Virus record (IMG/VR): IMGVR_UViG_3300030061_001844
Coordinates: 1-40,682 of that record
From: a virus
Lineage: Duplodnaviria; Caudoviricetes
Direction: 5' to 3' (one strand)
DNA length: 40,682 nucleotides
Part shown: positions 16,156 to 26,354 of the stretch, piece by piece
Layout: the number at the start of each line of letters is the position of its first letter
Numbering within the stretch: position 1 is the stretch's first letter
The notes under the pieces: model-generated
The model's database searches: none
The model's input: only the letters and a program-made list of their open reading frames with translations
What the model was told of the DNA's origin: nothing
Made by a program: the position numbers and the translations under genes

Positions 16156-19100
16156 ATGCGTCCGAGTGTCCGTGTTGTTAAGTCGGTTGACGAGGGACTA
16201 ATCCTCAAGGAAACCAATCAACAGAAAAAAGACAAACGCAAAGCAGAACGCGATGCGGCAAGAAAAGCCAAAAAAGCGGCACGCAAAGCAAAAAAACGCG
16301 GTGAGAAACCACCAAAGCAAGTAAAAGTTGTTGACAAAAAACCCGCCGCGGAGGAAAAATTTGACCCGTTTGAAGGAAAAAATATCGACCCCGCACAAGA
16401 AAAGGCAAGGGAGAAAATAAAAGAGGCGGGTGAAAAAAGACGCGCTGAAAACGCTAAACGCGTAGATGCTTTGCGCGAAAAAGCAAGAAAAAGTCGCGAA
16501 AGAAGAAAGAAAGAACAAGAAGAGTCCGGGTTAAGCCCCGAAGAGTTCCGCGAAATGAAGGAACTTGAAAGACTCGTAGCCGAAGAAAAGAAGGCTAAAA
16601 CTGTCAAAGTAGTTGACCCTCCCGCTAAAGAAGAACCTCCTAAAGAAGAACCTCCTAAAGAAGAACCTCCTAAAGAAGAAAAGCCAAAGACCGTCAAAGT
16701 AGTTGACTCCGCAAAAGATGACAAAGAAGGAAAAGGCGGTAAAACACAAAGAGGTTTCGCGTCTTTAGCACCTTACATGGCTGAATTAGTCAGTCGATAC
16801 AAAGATGAAGAAATAGACGCGACTGAATTTTACGAAGACATAGTTTTCGCTAACAATATGCTTTTGGGTCGTGCTTTAGGACAAGAGAAGGATGAAATGC
16901 TACAAGAGCGCGAAGATGGCTTTCCCGCTATGCTTCACGAACCATTCTTAAACGCGCCTGTTATGATGCATTTGAAGAGGTTGTCGAATGAGTTCCCCGA
17001 ACTCAAAGATGTGCAAAAAGCAGATGAAGAAATGAACGGTAGTTTAGAAAATGCTATGGGCGGAACGCGAGGAATACGCGCTGATATTTCATCCTTCATC
17101 GCAGACCCATTGAATGAGGGCAGACCTCATCAAGAAAAAGACATCAATGGTATTTACAAACTTCTTAACAAATACGACCACCCTCTCGGTGTCACGCTGT
17201 CGGCGGAGATACCAAAGAGTGACCGTATCGTTCCCACTTACAGACCAAGAGAAGCGCGAAAAATTCGTGTTGCTGGTCGAATGCAAGACCCTTCATTTGA
17301 ACAAGAGATGAACCGATTACGCGATGAGCAGATGGAGAACTTGAAGTTTAGAGAAGATAAACGATTTACTACGGACCGCGATAAAGGCGGAGCGAGTAGA
17401 TTTTACGATAAGTTGTTCGGAGAAGGTGAAGTCAACCTAAGAAGAGAAAAAGGACAAGAAGGCCAGTCAAGTTTTCAACTTAAAAACCCTTCATCATCAA
17501 CAACACAATCCATACTCAACCAAGTGCGAGATATTGCGCGTGAAGAATCTGTTGATGAAAAAACCGCTTACAAAAAAATGATGGAGAAGTTCAACGATTA
17601 TATGATTTCATTGACAGGGAACAAAGCGTTCGGAACATCGGGGCGCGCAGGTAGAACTGGACAAGAAATAGAAGTTGGGCGTTCGCCGGACGCAATTACG
17701 CCTTCTATGGTTGATGCCGCGAAACAACTTGGGTTGTCTTCTGCTGTGGCAAACATGCCCGATTTGTTAGTGAGTCGATACATGAAAGACCCTAAAAGTG
17801 CATTCAGTCAAAAAACGCGTAATGAATTGGCCGATGAGTTAGCGGGTATGGGTCAAGAAGGTTTTCACCCAACGCTAATATCTGCTATGGGTGAAGAAGG
17901 ACTCTTGAGTAGTCTATTTGGTGATGAAAGCGCGGTGACTGTCGAGGGTGCTGGGCCGGGTGGTTCACAAGAAGAAGTGGAACAAAGAGCCAGTGAAGCG
18001 CGAAGAGCAAGATTTGGTGGGGTTGCAACTGAATCTTCAATGATGGAACCCGAAGATGAACTCGCGGTTGTTCAAGGTAAAAGAAAATTATCACCATCTC
18101 AACGAATGACACAACTTGAGCGACAATTCAATCAAGGTGATATTGACGAGTATGAATACGAAATGCAACGCGCGGCAATCAATTTAGACCAACACAAATT
18201 AGACTCGGATGCTGAATTAGGTGGCTTAACTGGTAATGATTTCGAGGTTGGTCACGCGTATCACGGTTTGAGTGAAGAAAAACTCATCGAACAATCAAAT
18301 AATTTTGTTGACAACCTCATCGGTATGGCGCGCATAATGCGAGAAATACGACACAAAGCATACGATAACAATGGTGCGGAAACAGACCAAGAAAAACACG
18401 ATGTTGATAAGAAGTTGGAGGCTATTGGTTTAACCGCAGAAAACTTTGTTGCTTTTGGTAATATTGAAAACGCAACATACGAAGACAAGCAACGCTACAA
18501 CAAACTCGATGAAATCATAAGCCCGGAACAATTAGTTAATACAGCAAAAAAAGGTGATAAGCCAAAAATGAAGACTATTGCTGGCACAGGCACTTTAGCA
18601 GTAATGCTCCCTATTATGACTTCGCGGCTGAATCGACAACACGACATGATGAAAGATATTGGAATGTCAAATGTTGATTTAGTGAAAGCGGCGATGAAAT
18701 ACGCTAATGCTGATATGGGTGTGAATGGATACAAGGAGGCTTTTGCTTCGTTAGGGGCGCAAGCACAAAAAGGTAAATTGAACACATATCCAATATATCG
18801 TTTGTTGCAGTATTTGAGGAAAAAAGGATACCGTGAAGCACTCGATGAAGCGCACCATCAAAAAGTCGAAGAACAACAACGAAAGTTTGCAAAGAACCAC
18901 ACTGCGCGTCAAGCAATGAAAGAAGAGGCTAAATTCACACCTGCTTCGGAATACGATATTGAGGCAGGTGCGCCCGAACACATGGAACATATACTCCACG
19001 ACAAAGAAAAGTGCCTTTCATGTCACGAAGACCGATTTGGCACAAGAGATGCACCAACAGCGCGAGCGCATTCACCAGTTAAGGGTGATAAATCACCCTT

Positions 19101-22100
19101 TGCTCACAAGTCTATCACACTCCCGCAATTTACAAATTACAAAAAACGCGGACAAGATTTCCCATTAGATGTCACCGGCTCTACTGAAAATGAAACTTCA
19201 CTCGCCGCTATATTGAGGCACATTTACCCCGAAGATGACAGATACAACCACAAAAAGTTGATGAGTCGAAAACAAAAATATCTTGATAATCCAAAATTAA
19301 ACACTTACGAAGGGTTCATCAAACCTACAACTCGACAGTTCAAAAATAAAATCAAGCAAGCGGTTATCACAGGTCACCCACGCGCGGCTAACATTTTCAA
19401 GAAGTTTGGACTTTACCGAACAAAGGAGAACGGAATAGCAACTGGCCCAGCAGGGATGAGCAACAAAGAGTTGGTTGCTTCTTCATTCTTCATGAACAAC
19501 GACGATTCAATCGACAAGCACCAAGAATCAATGCGTAAGAGAACACTTCTATCGACGCGTTTCAATGCGATTACTGATGCTATGCATTTCATGGAAGAAC
19601 TCGCAGACGGCGACTATGGTAGCAAAATCAAACCGGGTGCGCTAAAGAGTAGAGCCAACCGAATCGCGTTATTGGGTGAGATGATAAATGAACCCACTAA
19701 AGGTATTCAAAAAGAAAATAGAAAGATTGAGAAAAGAAAGCGGGAAATTGATACTTACAAAAACCTATATCGACAATATATAGATGATAAAATGGCTTAT
19801 GATGCTAATTTAGCAAAAACGAAACCAACATATCAATTGTTTAATGAATTGACAGGAAAAATTCGCGGTGAATTTGAAACAAAAGAAGATGCAGAAAAAG
19901 CAATCAAGAATATGAAAGATAAAGACAACAAACCCGATACTTACATGCAAAGTATCCACTCGGTTCAAGAACAACGCGGTGAATATGATTCACCGGGTCA
20001 AATAGCAATGATTGAAGCACAGGCTGATGAAATCGACAAGAAATATGGTAAAATGTTGATGCTCCGTAAGAAGAAATTGAGAGAGATAAAATCATACGAA
20101 AAGAAAGCCGCTAAGTTGAAAGACGCGAGCGAAGATAACATCAATCGAACAAATGAATACATGCTTGGCGCGTTTATCAATTCGGGCGATAAGATGGCTA
20201 ACATATTCACCAAGATGAAAAAATCACCGGAGGGTGTAAGTCAACACGCTTTGATGGGTATGCTCGCTGAATTGCATGATGATATGTATGGCGATGATGA
20301 TTATGATTCGGTGCTTAGAGGCGACGCGAGTGGGAGAACGGACAAAGACTTCACTCATTCACTAAGCAACTATAAACTCGGTAGAATGGGCGAAATGGGT
20401 GGAACGGGTGTTATGAGTTTGACCAATAACAAAGCCCTCCCGCGAATCAATTCAATCAACCAACTGCTCGCTCATCGCATTCAAATGGGATTCCCTCTCA
20501 CAGAAGAAGATATTGAGCGCGCTAAGGGTATGTTGCATGATGCTGATATGGCGGATACTGTTGACAAAGAAGATTATAATGAGTGGTCGAAAGGTTTGAC
20601 CATAGATGATGATGTTGATTTCAATATGTCCGAATTAGAACATGAGCATCATGATGATTCCGAAGACGACTTGGGGTTGCTAACAGAAGAAGAGGCGGCG
20701 CGAAGAGAACAAAACTCACACTTTACAAAAGGTAGTGAAAAGGCGATAGAGAACGGTGACATTGAAGCCCATAATTTAGTATCCAATTGGAGAGGTAATG
20801 CACCAACTTTGTGCGGTGTATGTCACGGACATCGGTTCGTGACAAGAGATGAAGCGGTATCATACATTCGTCATCGCATACCCGGTATGGAAGGTGTAGG
20901 TCGCGAGAGTTCAAAGATGAACAACTATATCGCTAACAAAATGAGGCCGCGTGGGTTTGCTTCTTACGATGAACACCCTATGGCTGATGAAATGGACCCG
21001 AATGAACACGAACAATTCGCGTGTCCAGCCTGTGAGCATTCAAGTGACTATGTTCAAGGTGGTAAATGTAGCAACGGTCTTTGTGGTGATTGTTTTGGCA
21101 CAGGTGAGCGCGACCCAACGGATGATGAACATATCCAAGAAGGATACATAGACGCGGAGGGAAATAAAATTGATGGAAAAAACCACCACTATTCGCATAA
21201 TGGAATGGTGGGTGAGAAGTTCGATTACCTCAACCAACTTCTGCTAAGACATGCAGAAATGGCACAATCGGGTGAAATACCGGATTATTTGAAAGATATA
21301 GTCAAACCTCAATCACCAGTGTGGGAGCAGTTTGATAAGCATGTAGGTTCGGGTAAATTTCAAACATTTGAAGATGAGCGTGAAGCGCGCAGAAAGAAGA
21401 AATTAGAACCGTTGGTGATTGACCCTAACGCGCCGGAACTACCCGCCCCACCACGCGCGAGAAGTCAATTCCGAATCGAACAACCCGACGAAGGTGGTAT
21501 GCCGCAGATTGACTTCGATATGAGTGAAGAAAAACCTTTCCAACTAAATATTGTGAACAATTTAGCAATGCAAAAGCATCATGAGATATTTTTGAAGAAG
21601 CATCTTGACATTCTATACAAATCGGCTCTTCAAGGTCAACCCCAAATGAAAGAAGAAATTAACGAATTATACGCCAGCATCGTTAATGACCCAGCACTAC
21701 AAGACATTCACAATGACGAAGACCACCATTTGATTGAAAAAATACACGAACTACAAGAAATCGCGGATGCGAATTATGTTGATGATATTAGCGACATCGC
21801 GAGTTTGAGTGCTAAAGAGAGAAAGGCGATGCGCGCAAAACGAAGACAGTTGCCTGTTGACGAAAACGGTGATTTGCAATTGACTATGGATGATGTGTTT
21901 GGTGGAAATGCGCCAATGTCTTTCAACGCCTTCGATAAATATACTCCTAAACACGGACACATGCAAACAGAAACCGAAATACGAGAAGGGTTATTTGAGC
22001 CGGGAGAAGACAATCAACCAAAACCAGTGACAATGAAGCAATTGAGAAGTTTTTTCATGGGGCGACCGGATGTATTGAAAATGCTCAATAGAATTGAAGC

Positions 22101-23259
22101 CAGTGAAAAATACAAATCGGAGAGTGCTGAAAAAATTAAAAGCGCGCTTGATAGTGTTGAAAAACCATTAGTGGCGCGAAAAACAGGCAATATGTATAGC
22201 GAATCACTCAATGATATTTTGAAGCAGTTTGGTGAAAAACCAATGACACAAGAGATGGGTTCTTATCAATTGACTTACAGTGATGAAGCGTTAAAAGCAT
22301 TTAAAGAAGCGGGAGCAACAAATGTTAATTCATTGATGACTGTCAAAAACAAAAATAATCTAAATCGTGCATTAGATGAAGGATACACCCGCGAAAGAAG
22401 TGCAACGATGAAACCGTTATGGCAAGAGTATGTCATGCGAAAAGCACTTCAACACTTCATGTCGAATGTGAATAACCCTCTTCAATACCCAACAATACCA
22501 GCAGGTATCAATCAAAATAACTTCGCTGAAATGGTGGGAGAAAACAGCGGGTTGTTTCAATTGATGAAAGATGAGGCCGCGAAAGTTGCTGGTTATGAAG
22601 ACGAAGAAGATTTGGAAAAGAAACTCAACATGTCAACAAGCCCGACTGTCGGCGGTGTAAAGTTGAATGTTAACGAGTTTAAGGCAGATGTTTTGAAGAA
22701 TGCGACACACGAAGACTCACATCAACTGCCGATGGGTTATATTCGATACGATAAGAAGGGTAAAGGCAAAATGGTTGCTAAAGACGCTGAAACTATACTG
22801 AATGAAAGTCAAGAACAATTGTTAAAACCTAATGATATGAAGAAATACGAAAACGCGATAAGAACTGTCAACTACAACATGAGGCCAAACTACATGAGAA
22901 TGAAAGAGATTAGGAGTGTATTGCATGGCGAAGACGGCAAACACGACGGCTACGATGGTTATGAAGAACTTGCAACAGCATTTACCAACAAAGCATTACC
23001 GGCGGAACAACAAGCGTTGTTAGAAACCAGTGGTCCGTTGTTGAAATTATCTCATCGACACCTTACTCCAATTTCTTTTGCTGACGCGCAATCGTATGCT
23101 TTAGCCGCGGAAGAAAATAAGAAATTCCAAGAAGGACTGAAAGCGCGACGAGAAGGAACATTGTTAGGTCCAGTGCCTATCACTCAACCAATTCAGCAAC
23201 CAATTCAACAACCAATTCAACAACCCCAACAACAAATTGATTTCAACATGGATTCTTGA
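16156..23259 (+). CDS. Giant (2367-aa) charged protein with Cys/Zn motifs; possibly virion-internal
   Basis: Likely start ATG 16156 (MRPSVRVVKS); the upstream TTG extension runs through the non-coding CGCG tract. K/E-rich; CLSCH, CGVCHG, CPAC and CGDCFGTG motifs. Confidence 0.85.
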   Translation: MRPSVRVVKSVDEGLILKETNQQKKDKRKAERDAARKAKKAARKAKKRGEKPPKQVKVVDKKPAAEEKFDPFEGKNIDPAQEKAREKIKEAGEKRRAENAKRVDALREKARKSRERRKKEQEESGLSPEEFREMKELERLVAEEKKAKTVKVVDPPAKEEPPKEEPPKEEPPKEEKPKTVKVVDSAKDDKEGKGGKTQRGFASLAPYMAELVSRYKDEEIDATEFYEDIVFANNMLLGRALGQEKDEMLQEREDGFPAMLHEPFLNAPVMMHLKRLSNEFPELKDVQKADEEMNGSLENAMGGTRGIRADISSFIADPLNEGRPHQEKDINGIYKLLNKYDHPLGVTLSAEIPKSDRIVPTYRPREARKIRVAGRMQDPSFEQEMNRLRDEQMENLKFREDKRFTTDRDKGGASRFYDKLFGEGEVNLRREKGQEGQSSFQLKNPSSSTTQSILNQVRDIAREESVDEKTAYKKMMEKFNDYMISLTGNKAFGTSGRAGRTGQEIEVGRSPDAITPSMVDAAKQLGLSSAVANMPDLLVSRYMKDPKSAFSQKTRNELADELAGMGQEGFHPTLISAMGEEGLLSSLFGDESAVTVEGAGPGGSQEEVEQRASEARRARFGGVATESSMMEPEDELAVVQGKRKLSPSQRMTQLERQFNQGDIDEYEYEMQRAAINLDQHKLDSDAELGGLTGNDFEVGHAYHGLSEEKLIEQSNNFVDNLIGMARIMREIRHKAYDNNGAETDQEKHDVDKKLEAIGLTAENFVAFGNIENATYEDKQRYNKLDEIISPEQLVNTAKKGDKPKMKTIAGTGTLAVMLPIMTSRLNRQHDMMKDIGMSNVDLVKAAMKYANADMGVNGYKEAFASLGAQAQKGKLNTYPIYRLLQYLRKKGYREALDEAHHQKVEEQQRKFAKNHTARQAMKEEAKFTPASEYDIEAGAPEHMEHILHDKEKCLSCHEDRFGTRDAPTARAHSPVKGDKSPFAHKSITLPQFTNYKKRGQDFPLDVTGSTENETSLAAILRHIYPEDDRYNHKKLMSRKQKYLDNPKLNTYEGFIKPTTRQFKNKIKQAVITGHPRAANIFKKFGLYRTKENGIATGPAGMSNKELVASSFFMNNDDSIDKHQESMRKRTLLSTRFNAITDAMHFMEELADGDYGSKIKPGALKSRANRIALLGEMINEPTKGIQKENRKIEKRKREIDTYKNLYRQYIDDKMAYDANLAKTKPTYQLFNELTGKIRGEFETKEDAEKAIKNMKDKDNKPDTYMQSIHSVQEQRGEYDSPGQIAMIEAQADEIDKKYGKMLMLRKKKLREIKSYEKKAAKLKDASEDNINRTNEYMLGAFINSGDKMANIFTKMKKSPEGVSQHALMGMLAELHDDMYGDDDYDSVLRGDASGRTDKDFTHSLSNYKLGRMGEMGGTGVMSLTNNKALPRINSINQLLAHRIQMGFPLTEEDIERAKGMLHDADMADTVDKEDYNEWSKGLTIDDDVDFNMSELEHEHHDDSEDDLGLLTEEEAARREQNSHFTKGSEKAIENGDIEAHNLVSNWRGNAPTLCGVCHGHRFVTRDEAVSYIRHRIPGMEGVGRESSKMNNYIANKMRPRGFASYDEHPMADEMDPNEHEQFACPACEHSSDYVQGGKCSNGLCGDCFGTGERDPTDDEHIQEGYIDAEGNKIDGKNHHYSHNGMVGEKFDYLNQLLLRHAEMAQSGEIPDYLKDIVKPQSPVWEQFDKHVGSGKFQTFEDEREARRKKKLEPLVIDPNAPELPAPPRARSQFRIEQPDEGGMPQIDFDMSEEKPFQLNIVNNLAMQKHHEIFLKKHLDILYKSALQGQPQMKEEINELYASIVNDPALQDIHNDEDHHLIEKIHELQEIADANYVDDISDIASLSAKERKAMRAKRRQLPVDENGDLQLTMDDVFGGNAPMSFNAFDKYTPKHGHMQTETEIREGLFEPGEDNQPKPVTMKQLRSFFMGRPDVLKMLNRIEASEKYKSESAEKIKSALDSVEKPLVARKTGNMYSESLNDILKQFGEKPMTQEMGSYQLTYSDEALKAFKEAGATNVNSLMTVKNKNNLNRALDEGYTRERSATMKPLWQEYVMRKALQHFMSNVNNPLQYPTIPAGINQNNFAEMVGENSGLFQLMKDEAAKVAGYEDEEDLEKKLNMSTSPTVGGVKLNVNEFKADVLKNATHEDSHQLPMGYIRYDKKGKGKMVAKDAETILNESQEQLLKPNDMKKYENAIRTVNYNMRPNYMRMKEIRSVLHGEDGKHDGYDGYEELATAFTNKALPAEQQALLETSGPLLKLSHRHLTPISFADAQSYALAAEENKKFQEGLKARREGTLLGPVPITQPIQQPIQQPIQQPQQQIDFNMDS
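16625..16680 (+). repeat. 15-bp tandem repeat (about 3.7 copies) encoding KEEPP
   Basis: CTAAAGAAGAACCTC x3 plus a partial copy. Confidence 0.95.
23185..23225 (+). repeat. 12-bp tandem repeat encoding QPIQ
   Basis: CAACCAATTCAR x3 plus CAACC. Confidence 0.9.
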
Positions 23260-23322
23260 TAATATTGTTTTATTCTTAGAATTATAATTACTATATTGTT
23301 ATCATAATAATATGATAATATC
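23258..23322. promoter_or_regulatory. AT-rich intergenic tract upstream of the GTPase operon
   Basis: Nearly all A/T, with short inverted repeats (TATCATA...TATGATA) and TTATAA. Confidence 0.45.
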
Positions 23323-23388
23323 GAGAAAGAGGTGAATCAACATGCTTATGTATCGTTCGCGACACGCACTACTCAAGGAGATACGGTT

Positions 23389-23907
23389 ATGCAACAACAA
23401 ACCCCCCAAAATAAAGATGAATTGAGAGTGTTAGGACTTATTTCATTTGTAAGCATACTTGTCGGATGCGCGATTGCTGTTTTCGATGCTGGATTGTGGC
23501 TTACATCACCCGATACTTACACGAACGCTATAACATACACGATGGGCGCGTTCACATTACAAGGAATGGCTTATTTTATTTACAAGATGTTAGCGCAAGA
23601 TGGCATGGACCAACGCGCTATTGTTTCAAATATGCAACGCAACATGACGCGTCAAATGCAAAACCAACAAATGCGATTTGCACAAGCGCAAATGGAAATG
23701 GAGATTAAAAAACAAGAAGTTAATTTCGCAAAACAAATGGAGGCGTTGGAGCAAGACCCCGAAGTTCAACAATATCTTGGTTTGATGGGTATGAATGAAG
23801 AAACAGAAGCACCGAAGCACAAAGCAGACACTAAAAAACCCATGAAATTAGGCAATCAAACCAGCGGCAGAAATCCCGATGGCACTTACAAAAAGAAAGG
23901 GAAGTGA
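23389..23907 (+). CDS. Two-TM membrane protein with Gln/Met-rich coiled coil
   Basis: Likely start ATG 23389 after AAGGAG. Hydrophobic VLGLISFVSILVGCAIAVF and AITYTMGAFTLQGMAYFIY, then a Q/M-rich helix. Confidence 0.8.
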   Translation: MQQQTPQNKDELRVLGLISFVSILVGCAIAVFDAGLWLTSPDTYTNAITYTMGAFTLQGMAYFIYKMLAQDGMDQRAIVSNMQRNMTRQMQNQQMRFAQAQMEMEIKKQEVNFAKQMEALEQDPEVQQYLGLMGMNEETEAPKHKADTKKPMKLGNQTSGRNPDGTYKKKGK

Positions 23908-23912
23908 TTTGA

Positions 23913-24149
23913 ATGGGTTGGTTGTTTAAAACACCAAGCGATGATGCAACAGAAGCGACTTTACGCGCGTTGCATACACAAAATACACTCGATACTTATT
24001 ATGAAAAGGGCAAAGCGTTGATATTTTGTATAATTACAGGTGTAGTCACCGCGTTGAGTGTGTCTTGGTTTGAACAAGCAAGCGATGTGAGCGTTTGGGA
24101 AAGCACAGTTGAGTGGTTTTACGAAAAACTTCGCGGGTGGGTCAACTAA
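23913..24149 (+). CDS. Small single-pass membrane protein
   Basis: ALIFCIITGVVTALSVSWF; Trp-rich amphipathic C-terminus. Confidence 0.8.
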   Translation: MGWLFKTPSDDATEATLRALHTQNTLDTYYEKGKALIFCIITGVVTALSVSWFEQASDVSVWESTVEWFYEKLRGWVN

Positions 24150-24871
24150 TGGTTGCAACATTCGCTGGAAGCGCGCTCATGGGAGCAGTAGTTTATGGAA
24201 AAGAACTCTATAATTTTCTTAAACCACGCAGAATAGGTGTTTATGGTCCAACAATGGTGGGTAAAACAACTCTTGACCATTTTATGCGCACTCCGGGCGA
24301 GATGGATGATATAGATGAACGCACTATGCACCCGAAACGGCTTATTGGTGGTGGTTATGTCTTACCAAAAGCGTCGCGTAAGCGTCTTCGTTGGCAAGGA
24401 GAGAAAAGAGTAGTTCATTCTGCTGATATTGGCGGTCAACAACGGTTTTGGAATCTTTGGATTGATGATATGGTCGATAGACAAGTTGAAATTGTCGTTT
24501 TTTTAACCGATACGCGTGTTTTGACAGGTAATGGGGCGCAAATTATAGACGCGGTGGGTGGATTTGAATACCTCGTTGATTCTTTGATTGAAAAACGGTG
24601 GAAATATCGCTCACTAAAAACAAGACTTCGCGGAAAACGCTATTCCCCTAAACAAATATGGCTCGTTGCTAACAAAGCGGATGAGTGGTGGGACGATAAT
24701 GCGAATATTTTGTGGCAATCTAATCGTTTGCGAGAACATAAAGTGTTTGATGCTCACCGCCCAGCCATGCGGAGGCTTCAAAAAGCCGGTATTCCTTGTC
24801 GCGTTAGCATGATGGCGACTAAAATAGGCTGGAATGTTGAAAAAACGATGATAGAAATGTTAACTTGGTGA
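24149..24871 (+). CDS. Ras-superfamily small GTPase (Arf/Rab-like)
   Basis: Start ATG 24149 (TAATG overlap). G1 GPTMVGKTT, G3 DIGGQ, G4 NKAD, G5-like MATKIGWNVE. Confidence 0.88.
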   Translation: MVATFAGSALMGAVVYGKELYNFLKPRRIGVYGPTMVGKTTLDHFMRTPGEMDDIDERTMHPKRLIGGGYVLPKASRKRLRWQGEKRVVHSADIGGQQRFWNLWIDDMVDRQVEIVVFLTDTRVLTGNGAQIIDAVGGFEYLVDSLIEKRWKYRSLKTRLRGKRYSPKQIWLVANKADEWWDDNANILWQSNRLREHKVFDAHRPAMRRLQKAGIPCRVSMMATKIGWNVEKTMIEMLTW

Positions 24872-24875
24872 TAAA

Positions 24876-25766
24876 ATGCTTGGAAATAAACCTCAAAACG
24901 ATTTACTGACGCTTGCCGCACAAACACAGATGAGTCTTGCTCAAATGCAACAGCAAGCGACCGCTCAAGCCGCTATGACGAACGCAAAATCGCATATTGA
25001 AGTGCCTCAAGTCAATTTTTACCCCTCTCGTCATCCAAATCCTAAAAAAGCGCGCCGTCAAGACATAAAACAGGCATATAAACTCCTAAAACCGATAAAA
25101 AGAAGCATTTTTTCGCCTCGTAGGTGGTGGGGAGGCAAATATCGCTATAATACTAACACAATGCGCTGTGTTGTGGACGGATGTGATGTTGAATACCTAT
25201 TACGGACCGCTGGAAACATCTATGAGCAGGTTATTGACGAAGAAACTGGTCAATCTCTATGGGATTTGTATTGGAAAAACCCTGTGACTGGTGAAGTTGA
25301 AGCGTTTGTAGCCCGCGAAAATGTCACTTCGGGGCGTAAATTGAAGGGGACATATTGCCCCGAACACCTCCATTTATACCATTTATTGACAAAATGGCTT
25401 AAAGAAGACGAAAAAGAAGAAGAAGAAACTAATGGAACACTCAAAGCAAAACTGAAAAGAGGTGTTTCAACCGTAGTTGTGCCAATAAATAGCATCAAAA
25501 AGAAGGATAACACACCACCAATTCTCGCAAAATATGAGCCATTTTTTGAAATGTTGAAAAAAGACAACATTCCTGTGACACATTTTGCTAACTCCGCGAC
25601 AGGAACGAATGATTTGGTTATGGTTGTCTTCGATATGCGTCAATTTCAAGCGGGTAATAACTCAAGGTTGCTTTTTGACGCTCTTGCTATGCATCAATTA
25701 CAACAAAACGCGGTGCAATCTCACCCATTGCCTTTACCGACACAATCAAATGATGGGAGCATGTGA
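24876..25766 (+). CDS. Hypothetical protein with putative Zn site and Gln-rich termini
   Basis: CVVDGC...YCPEH; Q/A-rich N-terminus. Confidence 0.8.
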   Translation: MLGNKPQNDLLTLAAQTQMSLAQMQQQATAQAAMTNAKSHIEVPQVNFYPSRHPNPKKARRQDIKQAYKLLKPIKRSIFSPRRWWGGKYRYNTNTMRCVVDGCDVEYLLRTAGNIYEQVIDEETGQSLWDLYWKNPVTGEVEAFVARENVTSGRKLKGTYCPEHLHLYHLLTKWLKEDEKEEEETNGTLKAKLKRGVSTVVVPINSIKKKDNTPPILAKYEPFFEMLKKDNIPVTHFANSATGTNDLVMVVFDMRQFQAGNNSRLLFDALAMHQLQQNAVQSHPLPLPTQSNDGSM

Positions 25767-25775
25767 GGTGGTATT

Positions 25776-26354
25776 ATGGTGTGGCCGTTCAGCAATAACC
25801 AACAACAACCTCAACCGGGTGCTATGAACCTCGGATTAGCCGGTGGACAACAACAAGTTCCTATGCAGGGACAACAGCAACAATGGGGTCAACAACAGTA
25901 TGGGTTGCAGTATCAAGCACCTCCGACTGAAATGGAGATATTATCAGCCATGATAACATCTAACCCTATGATTGATAAGTGGCTTTCCGACAATAACGGA
26001 GAGAATATGAATATGCTCGTTTCACTTTTGAGTAGTCTTGTCGCGGTATCAGTGAATACAATGCTTACAAATACGCGCTTAGTTGAAGATGGAGATGGAT
26101 ACAAATTCGATTTTAGCGGTGTCACAGGTATGCCAACAGTCGATAGTGTCACAATGTCACAAACCCAAATACTCAACAAAGCATCAAACAATGTGCAACA
26201 GAAAACCATGCAGTTTCAACAGATGGTTCAACTTGCAAATCAAGGTGTTATGCAAAGTATGTTGAATGACGCGATGGCTGACCCCGGCATGATGCAAAGT
26301 GTTGGTGGCGGTCTTGGTTCATTGGTTCGTGGATTAGCAACAGGTGGTAGGTAA
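25776..26354 (+). CDS. Gln/Met/Gly-rich low-complexity protein
   Basis: GAGGTGG RBS; poly-Q N-terminus, hydrophobic central helix, C-terminal GGGLGSLVRGL. Confidence 0.8.
   Translation: MVWPFSNNQQQPQPGAMNLGLAGGQQQVPMQGQQQQWGQQQYGLQYQAPPTEMEILSAMITSNPMIDKWLSDNNGENMNMLVSLLSSLVAVSVNTMLTNTRLVEDGDGYKFDFSGVTGMPTVDSVTMSQTQILNKASNNVQQKTMQFQQMVQLANQGVMQSMLNDAMADPGMMQSVGGGLGSLVRGLATGGR

Noticed and set aside
19012-20826. Two CxxCH motifs (CLSCH, CGVCH) suggesting c-type heme binding
   Set aside because: No signal peptide or TM segment; the context fits Zn ligands better.
9111-23225. Short direct repeats as a possible CRISPR mini-array or DGR
   Set aside because: They are in-frame coding repeats without spacer structure; no cas or reverse transcriptase gene is in the window.
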